Program-made: the position numbers and the translations under genes
Source of the DNA: Actinomycetota bacterium
GTDB lineage: Bacteria; Actinomycetota; Thermoleophilia; Gaiellales; F1-60-MAGs149
Assembly: GCA_009885805.1 (NCBI GenBank)
Contig: VFJZ01000006.1
Location: 16,582 to 80,581 of the forward strand
Direction of reading: 5' to 3'
Length of the DNA: 64,000 bases
The notes under the pieces: model-generated
Database searches by the model: none
The model's input: the letters and a program-made list of their open reading frames with translations, nothing else
Told to the model about the DNA's origin: nothing
Shown: piece after piece, positions 20,375-30,870 of the stretch
Layout: each line of letters starts with the position of its first letter
Numbering within the stretch: the stretch's first letter is position 1

Positions 20375-21381
20375 GTCAGGAATCCGGTCTCCCGCAGCAG
20401 TTCGACCGTGCGTGACAGTTCCGGACCGAAGCTCGTCAGGTCGACGGCGGGGCCCCGCATCTCGGCGAGCGGCCTGAGGCCGGCCTTCGCGGGGATGCCG
20501 GCGACCAGCGGATACTCGGTCTCCGCGGCCTCGTCGACGTAGAAGCGCTGCCCCTCGTCCGACAGGAGCCACCCGACGAACGCCGTCGCGTCCTCCGCCT
20601 GGCCGCTCGTCGCGAGCACGCCGGCGCCTGCGACCGAGACGAGCGCACCGGGATCGCCCGCGCGCAGAAAGCGGTTCGCGATCGGCGCGTCCGGCTGCTC
20701 CGCCTTGACGAGCGGCACGTAGTAATGGTTCACGAGACCGATGTCGATCTCGCCGGCTGCGACGGCCTCGACGATCGGCGCGTTCTTCTCGTACGTCTTC
20801 ACGCCGTTCGCGCGCAGCGCCGTCAGCCAGGCGCGCGCCGCCGCATCGCCGAGCGCGAGCCGCATGCCGGTGACGAACGCCTGAAACGATGCGTTCGTCG
20901 GCGCGACGCCGACCCGGCCCTTCCAGGCGGGGTCGGTCAGCGCCGCGACGGTGTCGGGGACGTCCGCCTCCTGGAGCCGGTCGGTGTTGTAGACGATCAC
21001 GCGTGCGCGCCCGGACGTGCCGACCCAGCGGCCCTCCGCGTCGCGAAACCCGGCGTCGATGCGGTCGAGCGTCGCCGGTGGCAACGGGGCGAGGAGGTTG
21101 CGGACGGCGCCGAGCGATCCCGGATCCTGCGCGAAGAAGACGTCGGCGGGCGAGTTCTCACCCTCCTCAGCGATCGACGCGGCGAGCTCCGCGGAATCGC
21201 CGTACCGCACCTGCACCTCGATACCGGTCGCCGCCGTGAACTTCGCGAAGAGCGGCGCGACGATCTCCTCCTCGCGGCCCGAGTAGATCGTCAGGGCCTG
21301 CTTGTCGCCGCCGCCGCAGGCGCCGAGCAGCGCGGCGGCGGCCACGGCTACCATCGATGTAAGGGATGCCAATCTGTTCAT
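20371..21381 (-). CDS. fbpA: Fe3+ ABC substrate-binding lipoprotein (FbpA/FutA)
   Basis: Lipobox LGAC; IYSGR, SPADVF, APTNASFQ, LVNHYY. Confidence 0.9.
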   Translation of the reverse strand: MNRLASLTSMVAVAAAALLGACGGGDKQALTIYSGREEEIVAPLFAKFTAATGIEVQVRYGDSAELAASIAEEGENSPADVFFAQDPGSLGAVRNLLAPLPPATLDRIDAGFRDAEGRWVGTSGRARVIVYNTDRLQEADVPDTVAALTDPAWKGRVGVAPTNASFQAFVTGMRLALGDAAARAWLTALRANGVKTYEKNAPIVEAVAAGEIDIGLVNHYYVPLVKAEQPDAPIANRFLRAGDPGALVSVAGAGVLATSGQAEDATAFVGWLLSDEGQRFYVDEAAETEYPLVAGIPAKAGLRPLAEMRGPAVDLTSFGPELSRTVELLRETGFLT

Positions 21382-21398
21382 GTAAGGGACACCTTACA
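21381..21398. promoter_or_regulatory. Palindromic operator TGTAAGG-GACA-CCTTACA
   Basis: Perfect 7-bp inverted repeat abutting the fbpA start codon. Confidence 0.75.
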
Positions 21399-21410
21399 CG
21401 AACGCGGTGA

Positions 21411-22430
21411 TCAGTGGAAGATCGGCACGCGGCCGTCGTGCAGCCTGATCGCAACCCGCGCGCCGAGCTCGACGACCTCGTTCGACGGACGCTGCGAGAT
21501 CAGCTCGAGGTCAGCGAGCCGGACGCGGTAGAAGACGTCATGGCCGCGGAACTCGCGGCCGACGACCTCGGCGGCGCCGGCCGGGTCGGGGGCCAGTTCG
21601 AGCAGCTCCGGGCGAATCAGAACCTCGACCGCGTCCGCGCCGCTCGCGCCGTTCGCAGGGAAGGAGCCGACCGCGGTGTGGACGAGGCCGCCGCTGACAG
21701 CACCCGAAATCACGTTGCACCCGCCGACGAACTCGGCCGACCAGCGGCAGGCCGGCGCGTAGTACAGGTCTTCGGGCGGCGCAACCTGGACGATCGCGCC
21801 GTCGCGGACGAGTGCGATCCGGTCGGCGAGCGAAAAGGCCTCCTCCCGGTCGTGCGTGACGAGGACGACGGTGACGCCGAGCGGCCGCAGAATCGAGGTG
21901 ACCTCGTCGCGCAGTTCCTCGCGCAACAGGGGATCGGCGTTCGACCACGGCTCGTCGAGCAGCATGATCGACGGCTCCGGCGCGAGCGCGCGCGCAAGCG
22001 CGACACGCTGTTGCTGGCCGCCCGACAGCTCGTGCGGGTAGCGGCCGCCGAGCCCGGCGAGGCCGACCCGGGTGAGGAGTTCGCCGGCGCGCGCGGCGCG
22101 CTCGCTCCGCGGCAGCCCGAAGCCGACGTTCTCGGCCACCGTCAGGTGGGGGAAGAGCGCGTAGTCCTGGAAGACCATGCCGATGTTGCGGCGCTCGGGC
22201 GCAACGAACACGCGCGGTGCGGCGACGACGGCGCCCTCGACGCTGACCGTGCCCGCGTCGGGCCGCTCGAAGCCAGCCATCAGACGGAGCATCGTCGTCT
22301 TGCCGCACCCGGAGGGCCCGAGGAGCGCCAGCACCTCGCCGCGGCGCACCTCCAGCGAGGCTCGGTCGACGGCGACCGTCGCGCCGTAACGCTTCGTGAC
22401 ACCATCGAGGCGGATCGTCTGCCCGTCCAT
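21411..22430 (-). CDS. fbpC: Fe3+ ABC transporter ATPase
   Basis: GPSGCGKT, FQDYALFPH, LSGGQQQR, TOBE-like tail. Confidence 0.9.
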   Translation of the reverse strand: MDGQTIRLDGVTKRYGATVAVDRASLEVRRGEVLALLGPSGCGKTTMLRLMAGFERPDAGTVSVEGAVVAAPRVFVAPERRNIGMVFQDYALFPHLTVAENVGFGLPRSERAARAGELLTRVGLAGLGGRYPHELSGGQQQRVALARALAPEPSIMLLDEPWSNADPLLREELRDEVTSILRPLGVTVVLVTHDREEAFSLADRIALVRDGAIVQVAPPEDLYYAPACRWSAEFVGGCNVISGAVSGGLVHTAVGSFPANGASGADAVEVLIRPELLELAPDPAGAAEVVGREFRGHDVFYRVRLADLELISQRPSNEVVELGARVAIRLHDGRVPIFH

Positions 22431-22447
22431 GTAAGGGGTACCTTACA
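22430..22447. promoter_or_regulatory. Palindromic operator TGTAAGG-GGTA-CCTTACA
   Basis: Same arms as 21381-21398, abutting the fbpC start codon. Confidence 0.75.
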
Positions 22448-22481
22448 CCCGTTGCGAGGGTATGCGCATCACCCTTGCGGG

Positions 22482-23813
22482 TTACGCGCAGAGGCGCAGG
22501 CCCGCGACCGCGATTCCCTGGGCGCAGCGCACGAGGTCGTCGATCGGCACGTACTCGCCGACGGTGTGTGCCCAGTCGATGTGACTGGGGCCGTACATCA
22601 CCGCCGGCGTGCCGGCCTCGAGGGCGTAGGTGGCGCCGTCGTACCACGAGCCGAGGCCACCCAGCCTCAGCGGGAGACCGAGCGCCGCGTTCGCGCCGAG
22701 CAGGGCGCGGACGCCGGGGGTGTCGACGGGTGTCTCCGACGGGTTGACCTCGGTGTGCCAGTGGAACGTCGGCGGGTGCTCGGCGAGCCACGGGTCGCCG
22801 TCACACCAGCGGCGCAGGTAGCTCTCGACTTCGGCCCGGACGTTCGACGTCCAGCCGTCGTCGTCGGCCTGCGTCGGGAGGAGGAGCACGGCGAGCGTCA
22901 GCGTCGCGCGGTTCGGGATCGTCACGTACCAGCCACCGTCGGCGATCAACCGCGTGCAGAGGACGTCGGGCGGATCGAGCAGCGGGTGACGGGACGAGGC
23001 GCGCGAGCGCCACTCGGTGCGGAGCCGCTCGACGCCGGCGAGCAGGTGCTGCGACTTCGCGATCGCGTTCACCGCGCCGCCGTCCCGGAAGTGCGCGTGC
23101 TCCTGCTCGGCGTGGCCCGAGCGGCCCGGCACGGTGACGGTGCAGTAGACGCTGCCACGGCAGGCCGGCCAGACCTCGAGGCCGGTCGGCTCCGGCACGA
23201 TCGCGAAGTCGGCGGCGACGCCGTGCCGGGCGCAGGCGAGACCACCGACGCCGCTCGACTCCTCGTCGGTGTTCGTGCAGACGATCACGTCACCGCGCAG
23301 GACGCCGGTCGCGGCGAGTGCCTCGGCCGCGGCGACCATCGCCGCGATTCCGCCCTTCATGTCGCAGGCGCCGCGGCCGGAGATGCGGCCGCCACCGACC
23401 TGCGGCACGAACGGGTCGTGTGCCCACCCGTCCTCGACCCGTGCCGTGACGACGTCGATGTGTCCGTTCAGCAGCAGCGACGAGCCGCCACCGGTGCCCG
23501 GGAAGCGCGCCGCGAGTTGCGGCCGGCCGGCGAAGCCGATGCCGCCGTGCGGTGTCAGCGGATGCCCGGCGACGTCCGCTGCGGTCGGCTCCCAGACCTC
23601 GACCGCGGCGCCCGCGCCATGCAGACGCTCACCCAGGAACGACTGCAGCGCCGCCTCCTGCCGCGGCGGCGCGGCGGGCCGCTCGCGGCTCTGGGTGTCG
23701 AAGCCGATCAGCGCGCAGGCGAGGTCGACGATCTCGTCGCGGCGCGCCTCGATCCCGTCTACGAGCGCTCGCTCGGTAGGGGTCAGATCGGATGACTCGA
23801 ACGCGGTGGCCAT
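22482..23813 (-). CDS. M20 ArgE/DapE-family deacylase
   Basis: LNGHIDVV, GRGACDMKGG, DEE, EPT, AHTVGE. Confidence 0.9.
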   Translation of the reverse strand: MATAFESSDLTPTERALVDGIEARRDEIVDLACALIGFDTQSRERPAAPPRQEAALQSFLGERLHGAGAAVEVWEPTAADVAGHPLTPHGGIGFAGRPQLAARFPGTGGGSSLLLNGHIDVVTARVEDGWAHDPFVPQVGGGRISGRGACDMKGGIAAMVAAAEALAATGVLRGDVIVCTNTDEESSGVGGLACARHGVAADFAIVPEPTGLEVWPACRGSVYCTVTVPGRSGHAEQEHAHFRDGGAVNAIAKSQHLLAGVERLRTEWRSRASSRHPLLDPPDVLCTRLIADGGWYVTIPNRATLTLAVLLLPTQADDDGWTSNVRAEVESYLRRWCDGDPWLAEHPPTFHWHTEVNPSETPVDTPGVRALLGANAALGLPLRLGGLGSWYDGATYALEAGTPAVMYGPSHIDWAHTVGEYVPIDDLVRCAQGIAVAGLRLCA

Positions 23814-24314
23814 GCGAGCGGGACGCTACCCCATTTGGGTGAGTTGATGGACAGGAAACGGTTCTCGTACGCGTACGTGGTCATCGGTGGCGCGACGCGT
23901 TAGCAGCCGTCACTGAACAACGCGTCTGAAGGTGAAGAAGGGCACGCTCGGCACCGACCGGCTCGTCGGGCTCGACCGCACCCGCCGCCCTGCTCCTCGC
24001 CTCGGGGGGCACGGGGGGGCGGCACGCGGCGTCAACGACGGCCAAGCCGGGACCGAGGCCGGCGCTCAGGCACCCGTCCTCCCGGGACACCGCTCATCGC
24101 GCGTGATCGGACCCGTGACCACGTCCGTGTAGCGTCCCGGGGACGACCATCGTCAAGCTGACCGGCGGCCAGAGGATCGCCTACCGATCGGTCGCGACGG
24201 CAGGCTCAGCCGTTGTGCAGGTAGGCATGTCGATGCGCGTCGTCTTCTAACCCGCACCGAACTCTGCGGACTTCGCCGATGCCGGCAGGGTCGGGCTGCA
24301 CCGATCCTGCCGGC

Positions 24315-25109
24315 ATGGCGATCGACGCCCTGACGCCGCCCGAGATGGCGCGGCGCGCCGAAACCGTCGGCGTCACGAAGGCCGGGCTGTCCGTGCTCGA
24401 CACGCTCGCGCTCGCGGTCCTCGCCGGTGCGTTCATCGCGCTCGGCGCGCTGTTCTCCACGACCTTCGTCACCGGCTCCGCCGAGCTGCCGCACGGCGTC
24501 GCCCGTCTGCTGGCGGGACTCGCGTTCTCGCTCGGGCTGATCCTCGTCGTGACGGCCGGCGCCGAACTGTTCACCGGCAACAACCTGATCGTGATGGCGT
24601 GGGCGTCGCGGAAGGTGTCGACGGCAGCCCTCGCCCGCAACTGGCTCCTCGTCTACGTCGGCAACCTCGCCGGCGCCGTCGCGACGGCGGTCCTCGTGCA
24701 CGTGAGCGGCTGGGGATCGTCCTCGGACGGCGTCGCGGGCGACCTCGCCACGTCGATCGCGACGGCCAAGACCTCGATCCCGTTCGGCGAGGCCGTCGCC
24801 CGCGGCATCCTCTGCAACGCCCTCGTCTGCCTCGCGGTCTGGCTGAGCTACTCGGCGCGCACGACGACGGACCGGATCCTCGCGGTCGTCCCGCCGATCA
24901 CGGCCTTCGTCGCGGCCGGATTCGAGCATTCGATCGCGAACATGTACTTCGTGCCGCTCGGGATCCTCGAAGCCGGCGACGCAGCGCCGTCGTGGGCGAG
25001 CTTCGCCAAGAGCCTCGTGCCGGTGACGATCGGCAACGTGATCGGCGGTGCGGTGCTCGTCGCGGCCGTCTACTGGCTGATCTACCTGCGGCCGCGGCCG
25101 TCGAGCTAG
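24315..25109 (+). CDS. Formate/nitrite transporter (FNT) family channel
   Basis: AGAFIA, GAELFTGNN, GILCNALVCLA, FEHSIANM, GNVIGG. Confidence 0.92.
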   Translation: MAIDALTPPEMARRAETVGVTKAGLSVLDTLALAVLAGAFIALGALFSTTFVTGSAELPHGVARLLAGLAFSLGLILVVTAGAELFTGNNLIVMAWASRKVSTAALARNWLLVYVGNLAGAVATAVLVHVSGWGSSSDGVAGDLATSIATAKTSIPFGEAVARGILCNALVCLAVWLSYSARTTTDRILAVVPPITAFVAAGFEHSIANMYFVPLGILEAGDAAPSWASFAKSLVPVTIGNVIGGAVLVAAVYWLIYLRPRPSS

Positions 25110-25909
25110 ATCCCGAGCCCGTCCCAGTACGCCTTGGAGCGGATCGCCTCCCGTACCGTCTCCTCATACGAGGGCCAGGTGTAGTCGGTGAACTCGATCT
25201 CCATCGATACCGGGCCGGCGTAGCCGGCACCCTGCAGCGTCCGCAGGATGCGCGGGATGTCGATGTCGCCGTCGCCGAGCGGCGGGAAGTCGGTCTTGCC
25301 CTTGCCGCCGCGCTGATCCTTCAGGTGGACGTGGCCGAGGTGGGGCAGGGCGAGGACGATGTCCTCCTCCGGGACGGCACCGGTGTAGTAGATGACGTTG
25401 CCGGGGTCGTAGTTGATCCCGACGTTCTCGTGCCCGATCTCGGCGAGGATCTTCGCCCCGATCGCCGCCGTCGGCAGGAGGTTCGAGTCGGTCTCGATAC
25501 AGAGGCGGATGCCGGCGTCGGCAGCCTCGTCCGCGATCGCGCGGACGTTGGTCTTGAACGCCTCGATCTCCGCCGGCGTCGAGGCGTCGCCGGTGAACGT
25601 GTTCAGGACCTGGATGCCGAGTTCCTTGCCGGCCCGGAGCACGTTCGTCAGCCGCCGCCGCCCGATCTCGAGGTGCAGTGGCGCGTGGCCGCTCATCGAC
25701 ACGCAGGTCAGGCCGTGCTGGTCGAGGAGCGCCTGGCAACCCGCGACCTCGGTCGGACCGAGGTTGTCCGGGTCGAGGTGCTCGAGGAAGTCCTTGACGG
25801 CCCCGATCTCGACGTTCACGAACCCGGCTTCCGCCAGCCCGGCGAGCGCCTGCTCGAGCGTGAACGGCAGGAAGATGATCGACGATCCGGTCTCGATCCA
25901 GTCGCCCAT
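25106..25909 (-). CDS. Sugar-phosphate isomerase/epimerase (xylose-isomerase-like TIM barrel)
   Basis: LCIET, NYDPGN, HVHLKD, GDGDID, SMEIE; RBS GAGG. Confidence 0.85.
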   Translation of the reverse strand: MGDWIETGSSIIFLPFTLEQALAGLAEAGFVNVEIGAVKDFLEHLDPDNLGPTEVAGCQALLDQHGLTCVSMSGHAPLHLEIGRRRLTNVLRAGKELGIQVLNTFTGDASTPAEIEAFKTNVRAIADEAADAGIRLCIETDSNLLPTAAIGAKILAEIGHENVGINYDPGNVIYYTGAVPEEDIVLALPHLGHVHLKDQRGGKGKTDFPPLGDGDIDIPRILRTLQGAGYAGPVSMEIEFTDYTWPSYEETVREAIRSKAYWDGLGI

Positions 25910-25911
25910 GG

Positions 25912-27231
25912 TCAGGCCTCCTCGCACCAGTCGAGGGCGGCGAGGGCCAGAACCTTCGCCGCCGCGGTGATCTCCGGCACGAGCACGTGCTCGTCCCGGC
26001 AGTGGGCGATCTTGAGATCGCCCGGTCCGTACGCGATCGCCGGGATCCCGGCGAGTTGGTAGAACGTCGCGTCGCAGGCGGCGCCGAAGTTGGCGGGCGT
26101 CTGCGGCGAGGGCGGCGGCACCGGCGCGCCCGCGACGGTGGCGTGCGCCTGCGCCATCGTCTGGCAGAGCGGATGTTCCCAGGCCGTCTCGTACGGCAGC
26201 CAGTTCAGCAGCCATTCGCAGAGCGGCGGGTGGGCGCGCAGCCACGGGTCGAGTTGCGCGACGGCCGCCACCTGCGCCTCGATCTCCGCCTTCACCTGCT
26301 CCGGTGTCTCGCGCGGCTGGTACCAGACGACGTACTCGACCAACGCGCGATCGGGGAAGTAGGCGGGGAACGGCAGGCCCGCGTCGGCGTGCAACACGTT
26401 CGGCCCGATCGTGAAGAATCCCGGCGCGAAGTACGGGTGGACCTTCGTCATCCCCCACTGCGCCTCCAGTTCCTGCAGCGCGTGGACGATCGGCAGCAGT
26501 CGTTCGAGTGCGTTCACGCCGATCGTCGAGCCGGGTCCGCCCGGCCTGATCGCAAGCGGCCGGTTGCCGGCGTGCGTGGCGATGCCGGTGACGCTGACGC
26601 GGAGGATCAGGACGCCCGGCGCGACCACGTTCACGGATAGGGGGCGCGGGTACGACGTCGGCTCGGTGACGATCGCCGCGTCGGTGCGGAAGCCGGCCTC
26701 GATCACCGCACTCGTGCCGACCGCGTGCTCCATCATCTCCTCGCCGACGACGGAGTGCAGGTGCAGGTCGCCGCGAAGGCGCACGCCGCAATCCTCGAGC
26801 GCCTGCGCGACCGTCCACATCGCCGCGCCCGACGCCTTCATGTCCGTCGAGCCGAGGCCGTAGAGGCGATCGCCCCGGATCTCGGCGTTCCACGGGCTGC
26901 CGGTGCACCACCCGTCGCGGTCGACCGGCGCGACCGTGTCGACGTGGCCGTTCAGTGCCAGCGAGCGACCGCCACCGGAGCCCCGGCGGACGCCGACGAG
27001 GTTCCGCCGTGCCTCGTTCGGTGCGACCCAGGAGGTGCTCAGTCCTGCCCGTCGGTAGTACGGCTCGAGCGTCTCGTTGACACGCGTCTCGCCGCCGAGG
27101 ACGGTGGCCGGATCGATCCCCGGCAGGCTCGGGTTGGTCGAGTCGATCCGGACGAGCGTCTGCGTCAGCTCCACCGTTGCAGGTTGCAGCTCTTCGATCC
27201 GCGCGAGCACCCGATCGGCCGTGTCGGTCAC
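25912..27231 (-). CDS. M20 ArgE/DapE-family deacylase, second copy
   Basis: LNGHVDTV, GLGSTDMKAS, GEE, EPT, AHCRDE. Confidence 0.9.
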   Translation of the reverse strand: MTDTADRVLARIEELQPATVELTQTLVRIDSTNPSLPGIDPATVLGGETRVNETLEPYYRRAGLSTSWVAPNEARRNLVGVRRGSGGGRSLALNGHVDTVAPVDRDGWCTGSPWNAEIRGDRLYGLGSTDMKASGAAMWTVAQALEDCGVRLRGDLHLHSVVGEEMMEHAVGTSAVIEAGFRTDAAIVTEPTSYPRPLSVNVVAPGVLILRVSVTGIATHAGNRPLAIRPGGPGSTIGVNALERLLPIVHALQELEAQWGMTKVHPYFAPGFFTIGPNVLHADAGLPFPAYFPDRALVEYVVWYQPRETPEQVKAEIEAQVAAVAQLDPWLRAHPPLCEWLLNWLPYETAWEHPLCQTMAQAHATVAGAPVPPPSPQTPANFGAACDATFYQLAGIPAIAYGPGDLKIAHCRDEHVLVPEITAAAKVLALAALDWCEEA

Positions 27232-27296
27232 GGTCGCGAGACTAGCAACGTGCCGGCCCGCTTGCCCCTCGCCGCGACGGGCGCGATCATCTGCGG

Positions 27297-27660
27297 ATGG
27301 CGGCTGCAATGGAAGACGCGATCGCAGTCGGCGCGCGAGCCCTGGAACGCGGCGACTGGGCGGCGGCCGCGCGACGCGTTCGGCTCGGTCCTCGACGACG
27401 GATCTCCCGAGGCGCTCGACGGCTATGGGCAGGCGCTGTGGTTCGTCGGCGAGCCCGACGCCGGGACCGAGTACCGGTAACGCCGGTCAACGCCGGTCAA
27501 CGCAGCGCGACGGCGACGTGCTCGCGGCTGCTCTCGGCCGCTACCTGCCGCCGGCGCCGGCGCCGGCGTTCGCGAGCCCGCCGCCGTTATGGGGAGACGA
27601 GGCGCACGTCCGTCAACTGTTCACCGCCGCCGGCGGCGCCGACCCCGGCTGCCGGCGGTG
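27297..27660 (+). pseudogene. Fused fragments: N-terminus of a TPR/LuxR-type regulator and an internal SAM methyltransferase piece
   Basis: ALERGDWAAARDAF...PEALDGYGQALWF then stop; then GRYLPP...SPPPLWGDEAHVRQLF. Confidence 0.55.
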
Positions 27661-27669
27661 GCGAGGCTC

Positions 27670-29100
27670 CTATTGCATCGGCCGCCGCGCGGGCGCGTCG
27701 AGCCACGGACGAACCTGCTCCAGCGCCGCTCCGGCGCGGAACGGGGTGACGTCGTCGTAGCGGCGGCCGACGATCTGGATCCCGGTCGGGACGCCGTTCG
27801 ACGCGAACCCGGACGGCACCGCGAGCACGGGGTTGCGGCTGCAGATGTTGAAGGGGATCGTCATGCACGCCCACAGGTAGAGCGGTGTGTCGACGCCGCC
27901 GATCTGAAGCCCGTGGCCGACGTAGTCGTCGCCGGCGATGAGCCCGCGAGAGGCGTTCGTCGGCCACACGAGGACGTCGTAGGTGGCGTGGATCCGCTCC
28001 AGGTCGGCGTGCATGGCCGACTCCGCAACGAGGCCGGCGTAGTAGCTCGACCGCCCGGCGGCGCGCGCGGTCTGCTCGACCAGTTCGATCACGTACGGGG
28101 ACAGCTGATCGCGATACTCCATCGCCTCGGCCATCGCCGCCGTCATGATCTGGGCAAAGTGGATCTCGCCGGTCGACCACGTCTCCTCCGGCCCCCAACC
28201 CGGCATCTCGATCTCCTCGACGATGGCGCCGGCCTCGGCCAGGGCCGCCGCGGCGGCGCGTGTGTTCGCGGCGACGTCCTCGTCCACGGGCCAACCGCCG
28301 GGATTGACGCAGAGCGCGACGCGGAGACCGTCGATCGCGTCGAATGCGGCCGGTAGCTCGTAGCGCGGGGCGAGCGCGACGGCGTCGACGGGGTGCGGCC
28401 CGGCGACGACGTTCTCGAACAAAGCGCAGTCGGCGACGGTGCGCGCCATCGGGCCGTTGTGGCAGTAGTGGTCGAGGTTCCACGGCGGCATCTGCGGCAC
28501 CCGCCCGTACGGCGGCTTGAAGCCGACGACGCCGTTCCACCCGGCGGGGATCCGGACCGAGCCGCCGATGTCGGAGCCGGTCGCGAGCGTCGAGGTGCCG
28601 CAGGCGAGCGACGCCCCGGATCCGCCGGACGACCCGCCGACGCCGAACTCGGGATTCCACGCGTTGCGGGTCACGCCCCAGAGTCGGCTGTGCGTGAACC
28701 CGGCGCAGGAGAACTCCGGCGCGGTCGTACGGGCGTGGGGGATGGCGCCGGCCTCGAGGAGCCGTTCGCCCATCGGATCGGTCTCCGTCGCGATCACGTC
28801 CTTCGCGAGCAACGACGCCCCTGCGCACGGATGGCCGGCGATCGGCATCTCGTCCTTGATCCCGACGCAGATGCCCTCGAGTGCCCGCGGCGCGTCGCCG
28901 CGGCCCATGTAGCGCGCCTCCGCCGCCCGCGCCTCGTTGAGCGCCTCCTCGTACCGCGTGACGCAGAGGGCGTTCACGGTCGGCTCGACGGCGGCTGCGC
29001 GGTCGATCAGCGCCTGCGTCAGTTCGACGGGGGAGAGGGAGCGATCACGGAAGCGGGCGAGTACCTCGGTCGCCGAGAGGTAGGCCAGATCTGAGTCCAT
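27670..29100 (-). CDS. Amidase-signature family enzyme
   Basis: GIKD, GGSSGGS, GSDIGGSVRIP (Lys-cisSer-Ser triad). Confidence 0.92.
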   Translation of the reverse strand: MDSDLAYLSATEVLARFRDRSLSPVELTQALIDRAAAVEPTVNALCVTRYEEALNEARAAEARYMGRGDAPRALEGICVGIKDEMPIAGHPCAGASLLAKDVIATETDPMGERLLEAGAIPHARTTAPEFSCAGFTHSRLWGVTRNAWNPEFGVGGSSGGSGASLACGTSTLATGSDIGGSVRIPAGWNGVVGFKPPYGRVPQMPPWNLDHYCHNGPMARTVADCALFENVVAGPHPVDAVALAPRYELPAAFDAIDGLRVALCVNPGGWPVDEDVAANTRAAAAALAEAGAIVEEIEMPGWGPEETWSTGEIHFAQIMTAAMAEAMEYRDQLSPYVIELVEQTARAAGRSSYYAGLVAESAMHADLERIHATYDVLVWPTNASRGLIAGDDYVGHGLQIGGVDTPLYLWACMTIPFNICSRNPVLAVPSGFASNGVPTGIQIVGRRYDDVTPFRAGAALEQVRPWLDAPARRPMQ

Positions 29101-29174
29101 GGGTTGCGATCTTGACGTAGCGACCCTGCGCCCACAAGGTACCGTCGCTCGAGGAGATCGAGGAGGGACTCCGG

Positions 29175-30851
29175 ATGCGCAAGTTGACCGTCGTTGTGCT
29201 GGCCGTGACCGTCGCAGTTGTCGCCGCCGCTTGCGGCAAGTCCGCGGACGAGGCCGCCGCCCCGGTCACCGACACGGCCGGCGGCGCGACCGCCACCGAG
29301 ACGACCGCACCGCCGGCGCCGACGAACCAGCGCGAGGTCACCTCGCCCGCCGCCGTCGGCGACTTCACCGAGCCGATCGTCTGGGGCGTCTATCGCGAGA
29401 CGAACTCGCTCGACCCGATTTTCGCATTCGACTATCCGGAGAACACCGTCCTGTTCACGATGTGCGAGGCGGTGCTCCGCCAGCAGCCGGACGGCTCGAT
29501 CGCGCCGGGCCTCGGCGACGTCGCGAGCCCCGATCCGACCACCTTCGTGATCACCCTGAAGGAGGGCATCACGTTCTGGGACGGCACGCCGCTGACGGCC
29601 GACGATGTCGTCTTCAGCCTCGAACGCGCCCGCAATCCCGAGCTCGGCGGCTTCTACGGCCAGGTCTTCACCCGCGTCGAGTCGATCACGGCGACGGGGC
29701 CGCTCGAGGTCACGGTGAAGCTGACGCAGCCCGACTTCTGGTTCCGCGGCGAGCTCTCCGGCCCTCCCGGTGTCGTGGTCAACAAGGCGTTCGTCGAGGC
29801 GGCCGGCGACAAGTTCGGCACCGTCGACGGCGGCACGATGTGCACCGGCCCGTTCAAGCTCGACTCGTGGCAGACCGGCGAGGGCGTCACCGTCGCGAAG
29901 AACGACACCTACTGGGACACGACGCTGACGCCGAAGCTCTCGAAGGTCACGTTCAAGGGCTTCCCGGATGACGCCGCGCTCACGTCCGCCTTCCTCACCG
30001 GCGAGCTCGACGGCTACTACCCGCTGCAGCTGACCACGCTGGACCAGCTCAAGGCCGCACCGGAGGTGAAGGTCCACCAGGGCCCGGCCGGCGTCTCGGA
30101 CGCACTCGTCGTCTCCAGCCTCGAGGGCACCCTCGGTGACGTTCGCGTGCGTCGCGCGCTGTCGCTGGCGATCGACCGTCAGGGCATCATCGACCAGGTC
30201 TACAAGGGCTCCGCGCAGATCCCGCACGCGCTCTCCAATCCGGGCACGTGGGGCTACGCGCCCGAGGTCTTCGCTGCCGCCTGGGACGCGCTGCCGGCGA
30301 TGGATCAGGACCTCGAGGCCGCGAAGGCGCTGATCGCCGAGGCCGGCGCCGAGGGCAAGACGATCACGCTCGGCACCTCGTCCGAGATCCCCGCGCTCAA
30401 CACCGAGGCTCAGTCGGTGCAGTCGGCGGCGAACTCGATCGGGCTCAAGGCCGAGTTGGAGTCGGTGTCGGCCGCGAACTACATCAACTTCTTCATCGAC
30501 CCCGAGGCGCGCAAGACGGTCGACGGCTTCTTCACGGGCAACTACGGCGACTACGCCGACCCGGCGGCGCTGCTGTCCACGATCGTGCTGAAGGAGGGCT
30601 CGCAGAACTTCTCCGGGTACGAGAACGCGGAGATCCTGGCGGCGATGGAGGCGGCGCGGGCCGAGCCGGATGACGCGGCTCGCGCGGCGCACGTCGTCGA
30701 GGCGCAGCGGTTGATCACCGAGGATCTCGTCTGGATCCCGGTGACGGTGCCGGACACGGTGCTGATCATGAACGCGAAGATCACCGGCGCTCCGGTCTCG
30801 TTCCAGTACATGTTCGGCCCCTGGCTCGCCTCGGTCGGAGCCTCCGGCTAA
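29175..30851 (+). CDS. Peptide/nickel-type ABC substrate-binding lipoprotein (SBP family 5)
   Basis: Lipobox AAAC; FWDGTPLTADDVVFS; GPFKL; RVRRALSLAIDR. Confidence 0.9.
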   Translation: MRKLTVVVLAVTVAVVAAACGKSADEAAAPVTDTAGGATATETTAPPAPTNQREVTSPAAVGDFTEPIVWGVYRETNSLDPIFAFDYPENTVLFTMCEAVLRQQPDGSIAPGLGDVASPDPTTFVITLKEGITFWDGTPLTADDVVFSLERARNPELGGFYGQVFTRVESITATGPLEVTVKLTQPDFWFRGELSGPPGVVVNKAFVEAAGDKFGTVDGGTMCTGPFKLDSWQTGEGVTVAKNDTYWDTTLTPKLSKVTFKGFPDDAALTSAFLTGELDGYYPLQLTTLDQLKAAPEVKVHQGPAGVSDALVVSSLEGTLGDVRVRRALSLAIDRQGIIDQVYKGSAQIPHALSNPGTWGYAPEVFAAAWDALPAMDQDLEAAKALIAEAGAEGKTITLGTSSEIPALNTEAQSVQSAANSIGLKAELESVSAANYINFFIDPEARKTVDGFFTGNYGDYADPAALLSTIVLKEGSQNFSGYENAEILAAMEAARAEPDDAARAAHVVEAQRLITEDLVWIPVTVPDTVLIMNAKITGAPVSFQYMFGPWLASVGASG

Positions 30852-30870
30852 CGGCCGGAGGCCCGGGCGC

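Noticed and set aside
23866-23877. 12-bp palindrome CGTACGCGTACG upstream of the M20 gene
   Set aside because: Single copy with no candidate regulator; may be chance
27479-27503. Direct repeat AACGCCGGTC x2 at a fragment junction
   Set aside because: Could be a duplication scar, but there is no element between the copies
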